Below, piece by piece: positions 1 through 9,164 of a DNA stretch of 64,000 bases. The position numbers and the translations under genes are program-made. The number at the start of each line of letters is the position of its first letter. Positions within the stretch are counted from its first letter, which is position 1. The notes under the pieces were generated by a model that had not been told where the DNA came from, made no database searches, and saw only the letters and a list, made by a program, of their open reading frames with translations. Source of the DNA: Alphaproteobacteria bacterium (GTDB lineage: Bacteria; Pseudomonadota; Alphaproteobacteria; MPNO01; UBA830); assembly GCA_038146925.1 (NCBI GenBank), contig JAYQSP010000009.1, positions 4,265-68,264 on the forward strand. Reading direction: 5' to 3'.

Positions 1-28
1 ATCATGCAGTGACGTTACGGCCGACCGG

Positions 29-823
29 TCAGGCCGGTTCGAGTTCGGACTCGCCGACGTGCAGCAGCGACATCAGCTGCGACACGTACTGGCCGATCTT
101 CGGGTCCTTGCGCCGCTCCATAGGATTGGCGCGGTTCGGAATATCGACGTCGATCTCTTCGATAATCGTGCCGGGACGCTGACTCATGACCAGCACACGG
201 TCGGACAGCGCTACCGCTTCGACCAGGTCGTGGGTGATGAAAAGCGCCGTCTTGCTGGCGTCTGACAAAGTCTGCGCCAGATCCTGCTGCAGGATCATCT
301 TGGTCTGCGCGTCGAGCGCGGAGAACGGCTCGTCCAGCAGCAGCACATGCGGGTCGGTCGCCAATGTTCTGGCCAGCGCCGCGCGCTGGCGCATGCCCCC
401 GGAAAGCTGGTGCGGGTAATGATCGGCGAAATCGGCGATCTTGCAGCGTGCCAGCCAGTCGTCGGACCGCTTGCGGCGTTCGGCCTTCGGGATGCCGTGA
501 ATTTCAAGACCGAACTCCACGTTCTCGCGGATCGATCGCCAGGCAAGGAGCAGATCCTTCTGCAGCATGAAAGAGACATGTTCGTTCACTTCGACCACTT
601 CCTCGCCATCGACGAAAACCTTGCCGCCGCTGGTGCCGTTCAGCCCGGACGCCATATTCAGCAAGGTCGACTTGCCGCAGCCCGACGGGCCAATCAGCGA
701 GACGACTTCGGCGTCATTGACCGACAGCGTCACGCCTTCGACGGCGGTGATCGTCTGACCGGATCCCTGGCGGTCCTGGAACTTTTTCGTGACGTCACGA
801 AATTCGAGGCGCGTTTCCGACAC
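29..823 (-). CDS. ABC transporter ATP-binding protein, NitT/TauT (TauB/SsuB-like) family
   Basis: Walker A GPSGCGKST, signature LSGGMRQR, Walker B LLLDEPF, H-loop ITHD. Confidence 0.93.
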   Translation of the reverse strand: MSETRLEFRDVTKKFQDRQGSGQTITAVEGVTLSVNDAEVVSLIGPSGCGKSTLLNMASGLNGTSGGKVFVDGEEVVEVNEHVSFMLQKDLLLAWRSIRENVEFGLEIHGIPKAERRKRSDDWLARCKIADFADHYPHQLSGGMRQRAALARTLATDPHVLLLDEPFSALDAQTKMILQQDLAQTLSDASKTALFITHDLVEAVALSDRVLVMSQRPGTIIEEIDVDIPNRANPMERRKDPKIGQYVSQLMSLLHVGESELEPA

Positions 824-826
824 GAA

Positions 827-1063
827 TCAGGCGCCCAGCTCGGCCATGACGGCGCGAAAACTGTCGACCGTCCACGCCTTGTTCCGCTCGTCGCGAACGC
901 CGTCCTTGTTCAGCCGTTCGACCAGCGCATCGATTTCGGTAACGCCGTCGCCGAACGCGGTTTCCATTGCCATGGACAAGCGACGCTCGAACGCGGTCTG
1001 TTCATGTGTCCGCGTCTGCCAGACGATATTCTTCGGTTCCTGAATTCTGGCTTCCTGTTCCAT
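827..1063 (-). CDS. Small recombinase-like helix-turn-helix domain protein
   Basis: 78 aa; WQTR..T.FE..L...METAF..GV.E...LV..LN..G......WT..SF...M..LG pattern typical of this family; stop 3 bp before the ABC gene start. Confidence 0.7.
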   Translation of the reverse strand: MEQEARIQEPKNIVWQTRTHEQTAFERRLSMAMETAFGDGVTEIDALVERLNKDGVRDERNKAWTVDSFRAVMAELGA

Positions 1064-1105
1064 CCGACCTCCTGACGCCCGGTTTTTCGGACATACCCAA
1101 CAATT

Positions 1106-1141
1106 GTCTCAAATATGAGACGTTTGTTTCATATATGAGAC
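1106..1141. promoter_or_regulatory. Tandem palindromic operator pair
   Basis: GTCTCA-AATA-TGAGAC (1106-1121) and GTTTCA-TATA-TGAGAC (1126-1141), 20 bp apart in an AT-rich divergent intergenic region. Confidence 0.6.
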
Positions 1142-1235
1142 GTACTCAATACCTGTATATGCCGAACTGAGTCAACAATGGGACATCACAAAACATGGAA
1201 TTTCGATTCGAGGCCCGTCCCGATACAATCGCCGA

Positions 1236-2111
1236 ATGGCCAACCCGCTCCCCGCCGGCGATCCGGACGTCGCCGCACGCGAACATGTGCGCGCCATTAC
1301 CCGCGCCGCCGGTTCTTCTTTCTATTGGGGCATGCGAATACTGCCGGAACAGCGCCGGGATGCGATGTTTGCCGTTTACGCGTTCTGCCGCGAGGTCGAC
1401 GATATAGCCGATGGCGACGCCCCCCTCGACGAGAAACGCGCCGGCCTTCAACGCTGGCGACGTGACATCGATGCCCTGTATTCCACAACCGCACCCGCCC
1501 CCACTAAACCCACCCTGCGGGCTCTGTGGCTGGCGATCAACCGTTACAGACTGGATAAACAGGACTTTTTCGAGATCATTGCCGGCATGGAAATGGACAC
1601 CGACGGTTCCATGCTGGTGCCGGATTGCGAACGCCTGCAACTATATTGCGACCGGGTAGCAGGCGCGGTAGGGCTTCTGTCGATAAAGATATTCGGCGAT
1701 TCGGGTGAATCCGCCCGCGCGTTCGCGCTTAGTCTCGGAACGGCGCTGCAGCTCACCAATATCCTCCGCGATCTGAAGGACGACGCCGCGATGGGAAGAC
1801 TTTATCTCCCCCGCGAGCAGTTCGAACAGCGTGGCGTTGCCATCGGAACGCCGGACGACATGCTTAGTCATCCGAAACTCCCGGAAATCTGCGGACCGGT
1901 CGCCGAACGCGCCCGCGAAAAATTTTCGGAAGCGGAAGCGATGCTGGCACGCGCCGACACCCGCGCGCTCAAGCCGGCGATCGTCATGATGATGAACTAC
2001 CGTCGTATCCTCGACCGGCTGATCGCCAGACGTTGGCAAAACCTTGATGACGATGCCGGTCTTTCCAAGCCGGAAAAGTTATGGATTACCTTGCGCTATG
2101 GGGTCATGTGA
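1236..2111 (+). CDS. hpnD: Presqualene diphosphate synthase HpnD
   Basis: GSSFYWGMRILP..RR.AMFAVYAFCREVDDIAD, YCDRVAGAVG, LQLTNILRDLKDDA.MGRLYLP; upstream of shc. Confidence 0.88.
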   Translation: MANPLPAGDPDVAAREHVRAITRAAGSSFYWGMRILPEQRRDAMFAVYAFCREVDDIADGDAPLDEKRAGLQRWRRDIDALYSTTAPAPTKPTLRALWLAINRYRLDKQDFFEIIAGMEMDTDGSMLVPDCERLQLYCDRVAGAVGLLSIKIFGDSGESARAFALSLGTALQLTNILRDLKDDAAMGRLYLPREQFEQRGVAIGTPDDMLSHPKLPEICGPVAERAREKFSEAEAMLARADTRALKPAIVMMMNYRRILDRLIARRWQNLDDDAGLSKPEKLWITLRYGVM

Positions 2112-2205
2112 CCGATATATGTCAGTGTGCGGTGCAGCAGAACGGCGCGGCTGATGCCGCGACGCGTCGCTGCACCCTTATTTCAGCGGCAAACAAAGAG
2201 ACAGG

Positions 2206-4191
2206 GTGGCGTTAGTGGAAGGCTCGACAGCCAGACAGGCCGTCGAAGGCGCGGCAGGCGGCGTAATTGATTCCGCCATCCTCGACGCTCGACTTGATGC
2301 CGAGATCGTCGAGGCTGCGGATTCGCTGCGCGCGCGCCAGCACGAAGACGGCTACTGGGTATTCGATCTCGAAGCCGACGCGACGATCCCCGCCGAATAC
2401 ATTCTGCTGAATCATTTTCTTGGCGAACCGGAACCGGTGCTTGAAGCCAAGCTTGCCACGTATCTTCGACGAATTCAGTCCGACCGCCATGGCGGCTGGC
2501 CGCTTTTTCACGATGGCGATTTCGACATGAGTGCCAGCGTGAAGGCGTATTTCGCCCTGAAACTCGCCGGTGACGACCCAGACGCGTCGCATATGACTCG
2601 CGCGCGCGAGTCCATTCTTTCGGCCGGCGGCGCAGCGCTCTCAAACGTCTTTACGCGGATTACACTTGCCCTGTTCGGCCAGGTACCATGGCGGGCAGTC
2701 CCGGTGATGCCGGTCGGCATCATGTTGCTGCCCAAGTGGTCGCCGTTCCATATATTCAAAGTTTCCTACTGGTCGCGCACAGTGATCGCGCCGCTGCTGA
2801 TCCTGATGTCGGAAAAGCCGCAGGCCGTGAACCCGAAAGGCGTGGACATACGCGAATTATTCGTCACCCCGCCGGAGGAAGAGCGGCGGTACCTGGTAAA
2901 CCCGACCGGCGCCAAGCTCGGCTACGCCTTTCTCGCGCTCGATAAAGTGCTGCGCGTTGTCGAGCCCAAGCTGCCCGGACGCGCCCGCCGCCGCGCCATC
3001 GACGCCGCCGTCGACTTCATCACCGAACGACTGAACGGCGAAGACGGCCTGGGCGGTATTTTTCCGGCGATGGCCAACACGGTCATGGCCTTCAAGACGA
3101 TGGGCTGCGCCGACGACCACCCGGATTACGTCGTCGCGCGGCAATCCATCCGCAAACTGCTTGTCGAAGCCGATGAAGAAGCCTGGTGCCAGCCTTGTCT
3201 GTCGCCGGTATGGGACACCAGTCTCGCCATGCTCGCCCTGATGGAAGCCGGCGACCGCGACGACAGCCCACAGATCAGACGTGCTTCGGCCTGGCTGCGC
3301 GATGTCCAGATTACCGACGTCGCCGGCGACTGGGCCGATTCCCGCCCCGATGTCGCGCCCGGCGGCTGGGCGTTCCAGTTCCGCAACGATTTCTATCCCG
3401 ACGTCGACGATACCGCCGTAGTCGCGATGGCGTTGCATCGGGCACATTCGCCGGAAAACGATGTCGCGCTTCAGAAGGCGGCAGACTGGATCATCGGCAT
3501 GCAGTCGGAAAACGGCGGCTGGGGCTCATTCGATGCCGACAACACGCATTATTACCTGAATCATATTCCGTTCGCCGATCACGGCGCCCTGCTCGATCCG
3601 CCGACAGCCGATGTCTCGGCCCGGTGTCTTGCGTTCCTCGCCCAGACCGGTCACGGCAATCATCGCGCCTCGATCGAACGCGCGATAGCCTATCTGCGAA
3701 AGGAACAGGAACCCGACGGGTCCTGGTTCGGGCGATGGGGAACCAACTACATCTACGGTACCTGGTCAGTGTTGTCCGCCTTCAACGCAGCCGGCGTACC
3801 AGCGGACGACCCCGCCGTACAGAAAGCCGTGGCGTGGCTGAAATCACGCCAGCGTGCCGACGGCGGCTGGGGAGAAGACGGCGCCACCTACTGGGAAGAC
3901 CGCAAGGACGAGGTCAAGACCTCTACCGCGACGCAGACGTCCTGGGCCCTGCTCGGCCTGATGGCCGCCGGCGAAGTCGGATCCGGGGAAGTGGAAAAAG
4001 GCGTTCGCTTTCTACTCGACGCGCCGCACGCAGACGGGAAATGGGAAGAGAAGCACTACAACGCCGTCGGTTTCCCGAAGGTCTTCTATCTGCTGTATCA
4101 CGGTTACCCGGCTTATTTCCCGGTGTGGGCTCTGGCACGATATCGCAAGCTGCGCGATGGCAATGCCGCCAGCACGGAATGGGGTATGTAG
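2206..4191 (+). CDS. shc: Squalene-hopene cyclase
   Basis: 661 aa; catalytic DVDDTAVV (DXDD), QW repeats (QHEDGYW, QSENGGW, QEPDGSW, QRADGGW), GRWGTNYIYGT. Confidence 0.97.
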   Translation: MALVEGSTARQAVEGAAGGVIDSAILDARLDAEIVEAADSLRARQHEDGYWVFDLEADATIPAEYILLNHFLGEPEPVLEAKLATYLRRIQSDRHGGWPLFHDGDFDMSASVKAYFALKLAGDDPDASHMTRARESILSAGGAALSNVFTRITLALFGQVPWRAVPVMPVGIMLLPKWSPFHIFKVSYWSRTVIAPLLILMSEKPQAVNPKGVDIRELFVTPPEEERRYLVNPTGAKLGYAFLALDKVLRVVEPKLPGRARRRAIDAAVDFITERLNGEDGLGGIFPAMANTVMAFKTMGCADDHPDYVVARQSIRKLLVEADEEAWCQPCLSPVWDTSLAMLALMEAGDRDDSPQIRRASAWLRDVQITDVAGDWADSRPDVAPGGWAFQFRNDFYPDVDDTAVVAMALHRAHSPENDVALQKAADWIIGMQSENGGWGSFDADNTHYYLNHIPFADHGALLDPPTADVSARCLAFLAQTGHGNHRASIERAIAYLRKEQEPDGSWFGRWGTNYIYGTWSVLSAFNAAGVPADDPAVQKAVAWLKSRQRADGGWGEDGATYWEDRKDEVKTSTATQTSWALLGLMAAGEVGSGEVEKGVRFLLDAPHADGKWEEKHYNAVGFPKVFYLLYHGYPAYFPVWALARYRKLRDGNAASTEWGM

Positions 4192-4198
4192 TCGCCGG

Positions 4199-5014
4199 TC
4201 AGACGGCCTTCGTCCGACGGCGCAGCGCAGCCACCAGCAACATTGCGAAACCGACCGCGGCCGGCATCTCGGGCTCCGGCACAGCAACCTGTTCGCCGAT
4301 TTCCAGAGAACTGGTTATTCTGAGGCCGCCGTAGATCTCGGGCGAGCTACCGGCCAAATCGATGGGACCGAACGATGTCCCGGTCCATGTTCCCGGAAAG
4401 ATCGACAGCGATCCGACGGATTTGGTGCCGCTGAACACGTTGGTGATGAAACCGGTCGAGTAGTCGATATCGATCGTGAAAATACCGCCGGTATAGGACG
4501 CGACCTCGGCAAACACATTCGGCGCCGTTTCCTCGAAAACCTTCACTTCGCCGTTTCGGTAAATCCGTCGCTCTGTCGTCGCCCCGGTCGTGAACAGATC
4601 GGCCGCATTTCCGAAATCGAGAGTTAAACCGCGAATGCCGAGGTGGAGCGCGCCGTTGATCCCGACGGATGCCAGCGCCGCGGAAGCGGGCGCGGTTGCG
4701 CCGAGAGACCGCGTGGGCGCGTTGGCCCCGATGGCGAGTTCGCCGCCGGTGACAAAATCATAGGCATCCGGTGTCGCCAGCGACGTGTATGGGCCTGCCA
4801 CGCCGAACGTGGAATAGAAAGCTCCCATCGGGGCATTGGCGGCGCCAACGGTTCCCGCCGATACGAAATCATGCCCGATCACGCCCTGATCCGTGCCACC
4901 CACGGCCGCGTTGCCGGTAAACAGCACTGTCACGGCGGACGCCTGACCACTGAAAAACACTGAAAAAGCGACTGCGACGAGCAGCGCAAACGAGTAATGC
5001 CTGTACTTTGCCAA
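4199..5014 (-). CDS. PEP-CTERM sorting domain protein
   Basis: Signal peptide (YSFALLVAVAFSVFFSGQASA), Gly/Thr/Ala-rich body, C-terminal VPEP + hydrophobic helix + RRR; TTG start at 5014 inferred. Confidence 0.85.
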   Translation of the reverse strand: MAKYRHYSFALLVAVAFSVFFSGQASAVTVLFTGNAAVGGTDQGVIGHDFVSAGTVGAANAPMGAFYSTFGVAGPYTSLATPDAYDFVTGGELAIGANAPTRSLGATAPASAALASVGINGALHLGIRGLTLDFGNAADLFTTGATTERRIYRNGEVKVFEETAPNVFAEVASYTGGIFTIDIDYSTGFITNVFSGTKSVGSLSIFPGTWTGTSFGPIDLAGSSPEIYGGLRITSSLEIGEQVAVPEPEMPAAVGFAMLLVAALRRRTKAV

Positions 5015-5099
5015 CCGACTACCCCCCGGACAATCCCCCCACCGGACCTGCTTGTTACACCAACGATGCGTTTTTGGGAACAACCGATCCTCGGATAGA

Positions 5100-6350
5100 T
5101 CAGGCGGTCGCCATACGGGGCCCCTTGGACCGGAACAGAATCATCACCATGATGCCGACGTTCAGAACGTTCCAGGCAATGCCGTGGAGGAACGCGGCCT
5201 GATACGAACCGGTCATGTCGAAGATCCAGCCCGACGTCCAGCCGCCGAACGCCATGCCGACGATCGTCATCATGATGAGAAAGCCGACGCGCTCCGCCGC
5301 CACCTTCGCCGGCATGTATTCGCGGACGATGATGGCGTAGCTGGGTACGATGCCGCCCTGCGCAAGGCCGAACATCAGCGAAATCACATAGAGCGACATC
5401 AGCCCGTCGAAGGGCAGATAGAACAGAAGGGCCAGCCCCTGTAGCACCGAGCCGATCAGCAGCGTCCGCACGCCGCCGATATAATCGGCAATGAAGCCCG
5501 ACACCACGCGGGTCACCGCGCCGCCCGCCAGCATAAGCGACAGCATTTCCGCCCCCCGTGCCGCGCCGTACCCCAGATCGGCGCAGTACGCGACGATATG
5601 TACCTGGGGCATCGACATGGCGACGCAGCAGGCGATGCCCGCGATCGACAGCAGGATCATCAGCGAGCGCTGAGACAGGTCGATGGTCTTCCGGTCCGTC
5701 GCAACCGGCGTCGATGCGTCTGCGACAGGTATTTCGTCCATCATCGGCGGCGGCCGACGCAGCATCAGTGCCAGCGGGACCATCGTCACCACCACGACAA
5801 CCGCGATCACCAAATAGGTGAAACGCCACCCGTTCGCGTCCATCAGCGCCTGAACCACCAGCGGCCATATCGTGCCGCCGATATAGTTGCCGCAGGCGCA
5901 CAGCGCCACGGCGACGCCGCGACGTTTCAGAAACCAGTGGGACACGTCGGCGATCAGCGGCCCGAAACTGGCGGCGGTGCCGATGCCGATAAAAACGCCC
6001 TGCAACAGAGCGAACAGCCAGATGTTCTGGACGGCGGACGCGCCGGCGAAGCCGATTCCCATCGCAACGGCCGCCGCAATAATCGGAACCACGATCCCCA
6101 GCCGGTCGACGTATCTTCCGATCAGGACGTTGCCCGCCGCGAAACCGACCATGGTGAGCGTATATGGCATAGACGCATCGCTGCGGTCGACGCCGAACTC
6201 CGCCTGCACTTCCGGCAGGATTACGACCACGCCCCAGAACCCGATGCTGCCGATGGTCCCCAGCAGCATAGACACGGCGAGACGTAGCCACGCGTAGGAC
6301 CCATCGATCAGATCTTTGCCTGACGGGGCGGCGGGGTTTTCAGTTGTCAC
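5100..6350 (-). CDS. MFS transporter
   Basis: 416 aa, about 12 hydrophobic segments, GRYVDRLG and GFIADYIGG loop motifs. Confidence 0.9.
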   Translation of the reverse strand: MTTENPAAPSGKDLIDGSYAWLRLAVSMLLGTIGSIGFWGVVVILPEVQAEFGVDRSDASMPYTLTMVGFAAGNVLIGRYVDRLGIVVPIIAAAVAMGIGFAGASAVQNIWLFALLQGVFIGIGTAASFGPLIADVSHWFLKRRGVAVALCACGNYIGGTIWPLVVQALMDANGWRFTYLVIAVVVVVTMVPLALMLRRPPPMMDEIPVADASTPVATDRKTIDLSQRSLMILLSIAGIACCVAMSMPQVHIVAYCADLGYGAARGAEMLSLMLAGGAVTRVVSGFIADYIGGVRTLLIGSVLQGLALLFYLPFDGLMSLYVISLMFGLAQGGIVPSYAIIVREYMPAKVAAERVGFLIMMTIVGMAFGGWTSGWIFDMTGSYQAAFLHGIAWNVLNVGIMVMILFRSKGPRMATA

Positions 6351-6491
6351 GTTGGATGTCTTGGAAACACGGGTCGGAAATTAGCATCCAAGCGGGTCGC
6401 GTGGCGATGGGAAAAGCCCGCGCCGGAGATCAGAAACCGGTGAGTGAAAAATCAGGCAGGAAAAACGGGTGCCCGCGCCTGCTGAATTTCT

Positions 6492-7331
6492 CTAACCCCG
6501 TTCGGGCCCCTGTGCGACAGGCCGGTCGGGATCGCCGGTCCAGGCCGACCAGGACCCGACATAGAGCGGGGCTTCCAGTCCGGCGGCATATATACCGGCG
6601 AGCTCGAACGAGGCCGCATTGCCGCTGCCGCAATAAACGCCTGCCGGCTGCGAACCATCGACGCCAAGGGCCTTGAACATGGCCTGCAGGTCTTCGGTTG
6701 ATTTGAAGCCGCCGTCGGGGCCGAGCGCGTCTTTCGCGCCGGCACAGATTGCGCCCGGAATATGCCCGGTTGCCGGTTTTTCGGTATCGCCTTCATAGGC
6801 CGTCTTACCGCGGGCATCGAGCAATGCGCCTTCGCGCGCGATGCGGGCTGCGTCGTCCGCCTCGATCACGGGCATGCCGCCGGGAGAAACGGTGATGGTA
6901 CCGCCGCCGGGCGCATGTGCAGTCTCGTGAACGGTGTCGCGTCCCGCAGCGGTCCACGCGGCGAGTCCGCCATCGAGCAGACGAACATTCGCGTGACCGG
7001 CCCAGCGGAGCGTCCACCAGGCACGTCCCGCCTGCGCACCGGACGCATTGTCGTATACGACGACCATAGACTCGGGATGTATTCCGAAACCGCGCAGCGT
7101 TTCCTGGAGAACCGCCGGATCAGGGAGCGGACGACGCCCGCCTTCTTTCGTCGCGGGGCCGGATATGTCCGAAGCAAGCGACACGGCGACCGCCCCCGGA
7201 ATGACCGGGCGTTCTAGCGGCGCCGTTTCCAGATCGTCACTGATATCGAGCAAAACCAGGCCATCGGGACCAGCCATCCGATCGGCCAGGGCATCGACCG
7301 TGATCAGAACATCGGAACGTGTATCCGCCAT
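6492..7331 (-). CDS. Sulfurtransferase (SseA/3-mercaptopyruvate sulfurtransferase-like tandem rhodanese)
   Basis: RAWWTLRWAGH..V.LLDGG..AW, GHIPGA, active site VYCGSG, YVGSWSAW. Confidence 0.9.
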   Translation of the reverse strand: MADTRSDVLITVDALADRMAGPDGLVLLDISDDLETAPLERPVIPGAVAVSLASDISGPATKEGGRRPLPDPAVLQETLRGFGIHPESMVVVYDNASGAQAGRAWWTLRWAGHANVRLLDGGLAAWTAAGRDTVHETAHAPGGGTITVSPGGMPVIEADDAARIAREGALLDARGKTAYEGDTEKPATGHIPGAICAGAKDALGPDGGFKSTEDLQAMFKALGVDGSQPAGVYCGSGNAASFELAGIYAAGLEAPLYVGSWSAWTGDPDRPVAQGPERG

Positions 7332-7338
7332 CTTCCGG

Positions 7339-8217
7339 TTACGCCGTCATCGTGCAGCGATAGAGCAGCCGCGTGGCGTCGCCGTCGTAATCCTTCACGG
7401 CACGGTGCTGGACGACTCGGTTGTCCCAGACCGCCAGCGTGCCCTGCTCCCATTCGAAACGGCAGGTGGCTTCCGGCGACTTGATCATGTCGAACAGGAT
7501 TCCGAGAATATTCTGACTGTGCACGCGGCTGACGCCCTTGATGTAACAGACATAGGATTCGTTTACCGCGACCCACTTGCGACCCGATTCCGGATGCGTC
7601 CGGATCAGGGGCATTTCGAAAGGCGGCATGCGGAGGCGCGCCTGGGCTGCTTCTTCCGGGTCGAGATACCGATCGGTGATGTGCCCGGTCGCATCCGGCG
7701 ACTGAATGACGTTCAGGGTTTCGAGATACTGTGCGAATAGCGGGTCCAGCATGTCGTACACATGCGCCGCGTTCGAAAACATCGTGTCGCCGCCGTTCTT
7801 GGGAGTCGCTTTTCCGAACAACGCCGTAAAAGCGGGAGCATCGGCGCGAAAGCCGCCATCGGCATGCCAGACATGATTGCGAAGATGCGCGTCCTTGCCG
7901 GCGCTGATGACGGTTGCATCCGGATTTTCCGGCGCACGCGGCGTGTGCGGGCCTGCGTAGTGAAAAAATTCGCCCAGAAAACCGGCAAACTTCGTGAAAT
8001 TTTCGGCCGTCACCGTGCCCGGATCGAAAACGACAAGCCCGCGGTTGTGCAGCAAATGACGCATCGCGGTACGGAATTCGTCTGCTACCGAGTCTCCGTT
8101 GAAGATGTACCCTGAAACCCTGGAACCGATCGAGGCCTTGATCGGCGTGACAGAGGCACCGTCCAGCGCCGACACGTTATCGGCGGCGAGTTCAATAGCG
8201 GGATTCGAAGCATTCAT
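7339..8217 (-). CDS. TauD/TfdA family Fe(II)/2-oxoglutarate dioxygenase
   Basis: WHADG (HxD), GGDTMFSN, HPESGRK, WDNRVVQHRA; start refined to MNASN. Confidence 0.9.
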   Translation of the reverse strand: MNASNPAIELAADNVSALDGASVTPIKASIGSRVSGYIFNGDSVADEFRTAMRHLLHNRGLVVFDPGTVTAENFTKFAGFLGEFFHYAGPHTPRAPENPDATVISAGKDAHLRNHVWHADGGFRADAPAFTALFGKATPKNGGDTMFSNAAHVYDMLDPLFAQYLETLNVIQSPDATGHITDRYLDPEEAAQARLRMPPFEMPLIRTHPESGRKWVAVNESYVCYIKGVSRVHSQNILGILFDMIKSPEATCRFEWEQGTLAVWDNRVVQHRAVKDYDGDATRLLYRCTMTA

Positions 8218-8240
8218 TTCTAAAACTTTCAAATATACAC

Positions 8241-8256
8241 CATACGGTACCGTATG
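8241..8256. promoter_or_regulatory. Perfect 16-bp palindrome upstream of tauD-like gene (TetR-type operator candidate)
   Basis: CATACGGTACCGTATG, 24 bp upstream of the ATG at 8217. Confidence 0.6.
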
Positions 8257-8371
8257 TAGCGCTCGGACGCCGAATTTTCAATACCTTACGCCATGCACTT
8301 GTTGCACACCCTGTTGCAATTTGGACCGGTCCTTTGGGCACAGGCGCCGGCAGTCGTTATACTCGCGAACG

Positions 8372-9109
8372 ATGAATGTCTCCTCCGAAACAAAATTCCG
8401 CCTCGGCATCGTCACCGGACTACAGTTCGAAGCCGACATCGTCCGTCGACTGAGTGGTCAAACCGGCGACCGTATTCCCGGCGACGATTCCCTCGCGGTG
8501 TGCTGCCTGGGACCGGGGCCCGCACGCGCCGGAGATGCCGCGCGGTCGCTGATAGAGGACGGCGCCACCGCCCTTCTGTCATTCGGAGTCGCCGGCGGAT
8601 GCGACCCTGCGTTGCCGCCGGGCACCGCGATTGTCGCAACGGGTATCCGCGATCTCGGCGCCGGCAATGAGATCCTATATACAAACCGCGACTGGCAGCG
8701 CCGCCTGAAATCGCTCCTGCTGGGCAATGTGCTGATCGAAACCGCGCAGATCGCGTCGGCGGAAACCCCGATGTTCACATCGTCAGACAAACGTACTTTG
8801 TTCGGCGATCTCGGCGTCGCGGCGGTCGATATGGAAAGCGCGGCGATCGCCCGTACCGCGATCGGTGCCGGGGTCCCGTTCATGGCGCTGCGCGTGATAA
8901 TCGACCCGCAGGATCTCGGCCTGCCCCAGGCGGCCGTCAGCGGCATGCGTCCGGACGGCAGCACGGCGCTGGCCGCGGTCACCGGGTCCGTTCTGCGCCG
9001 CCCCGGCGACCTTTGGGCCATGATCCGGCTGGCGCGGTACGACCGCATCGCGCGAAAAGCGCTGACGACTGCGGCACAAAGCAGCGCACCGCTGTTCGCC
9101 GCTGTTTAG
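8372..9109 (+). CDS. hpnG: Hopanoid-associated nucleoside phosphorylase HpnG
   Basis: GIVTGLQFEA start, LLSFGVAGG.DP.LPPG, AVDMES, PF.ALRVI.DP; hopanoid neighbourhood; start refined to MNVSS. Confidence 0.8.
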   Translation: MNVSSETKFRLGIVTGLQFEADIVRRLSGQTGDRIPGDDSLAVCCLGPGPARAGDAARSLIEDGATALLSFGVAGGCDPALPPGTAIVATGIRDLGAGNEILYTNRDWQRRLKSLLLGNVLIETAQIASAETPMFTSSDKRTLFGDLGVAAVDMESAAIARTAIGAGVPFMALRVIIDPQDLGLPQAAVSGMRPDGSTALAAVTGSVLRRPGDLWAMIRLARYDRIARKALTTAAQSSAPLFAAV

Positions 9110-9164
9110 AAACCTGTCGCCCTGTTTCGGGACGTCTCGGACTGTTTAATTTGGTTTGAATTGC

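Noticed and set aside
827-1063. Site-specific recombinase or mobile element
   Set aside because: Only a 78-aa HTH-like protein with no catalytic domain; no transposase, integrase or terminal repeats in the window
1236-2111. HpnC or phytoene synthase CrtB
   Set aside because: The N-terminal GSSFYWGMRILP...AVYAFCREVDDIAD pattern and adjacency to shc fit HpnD; no carotenoid genes nearby
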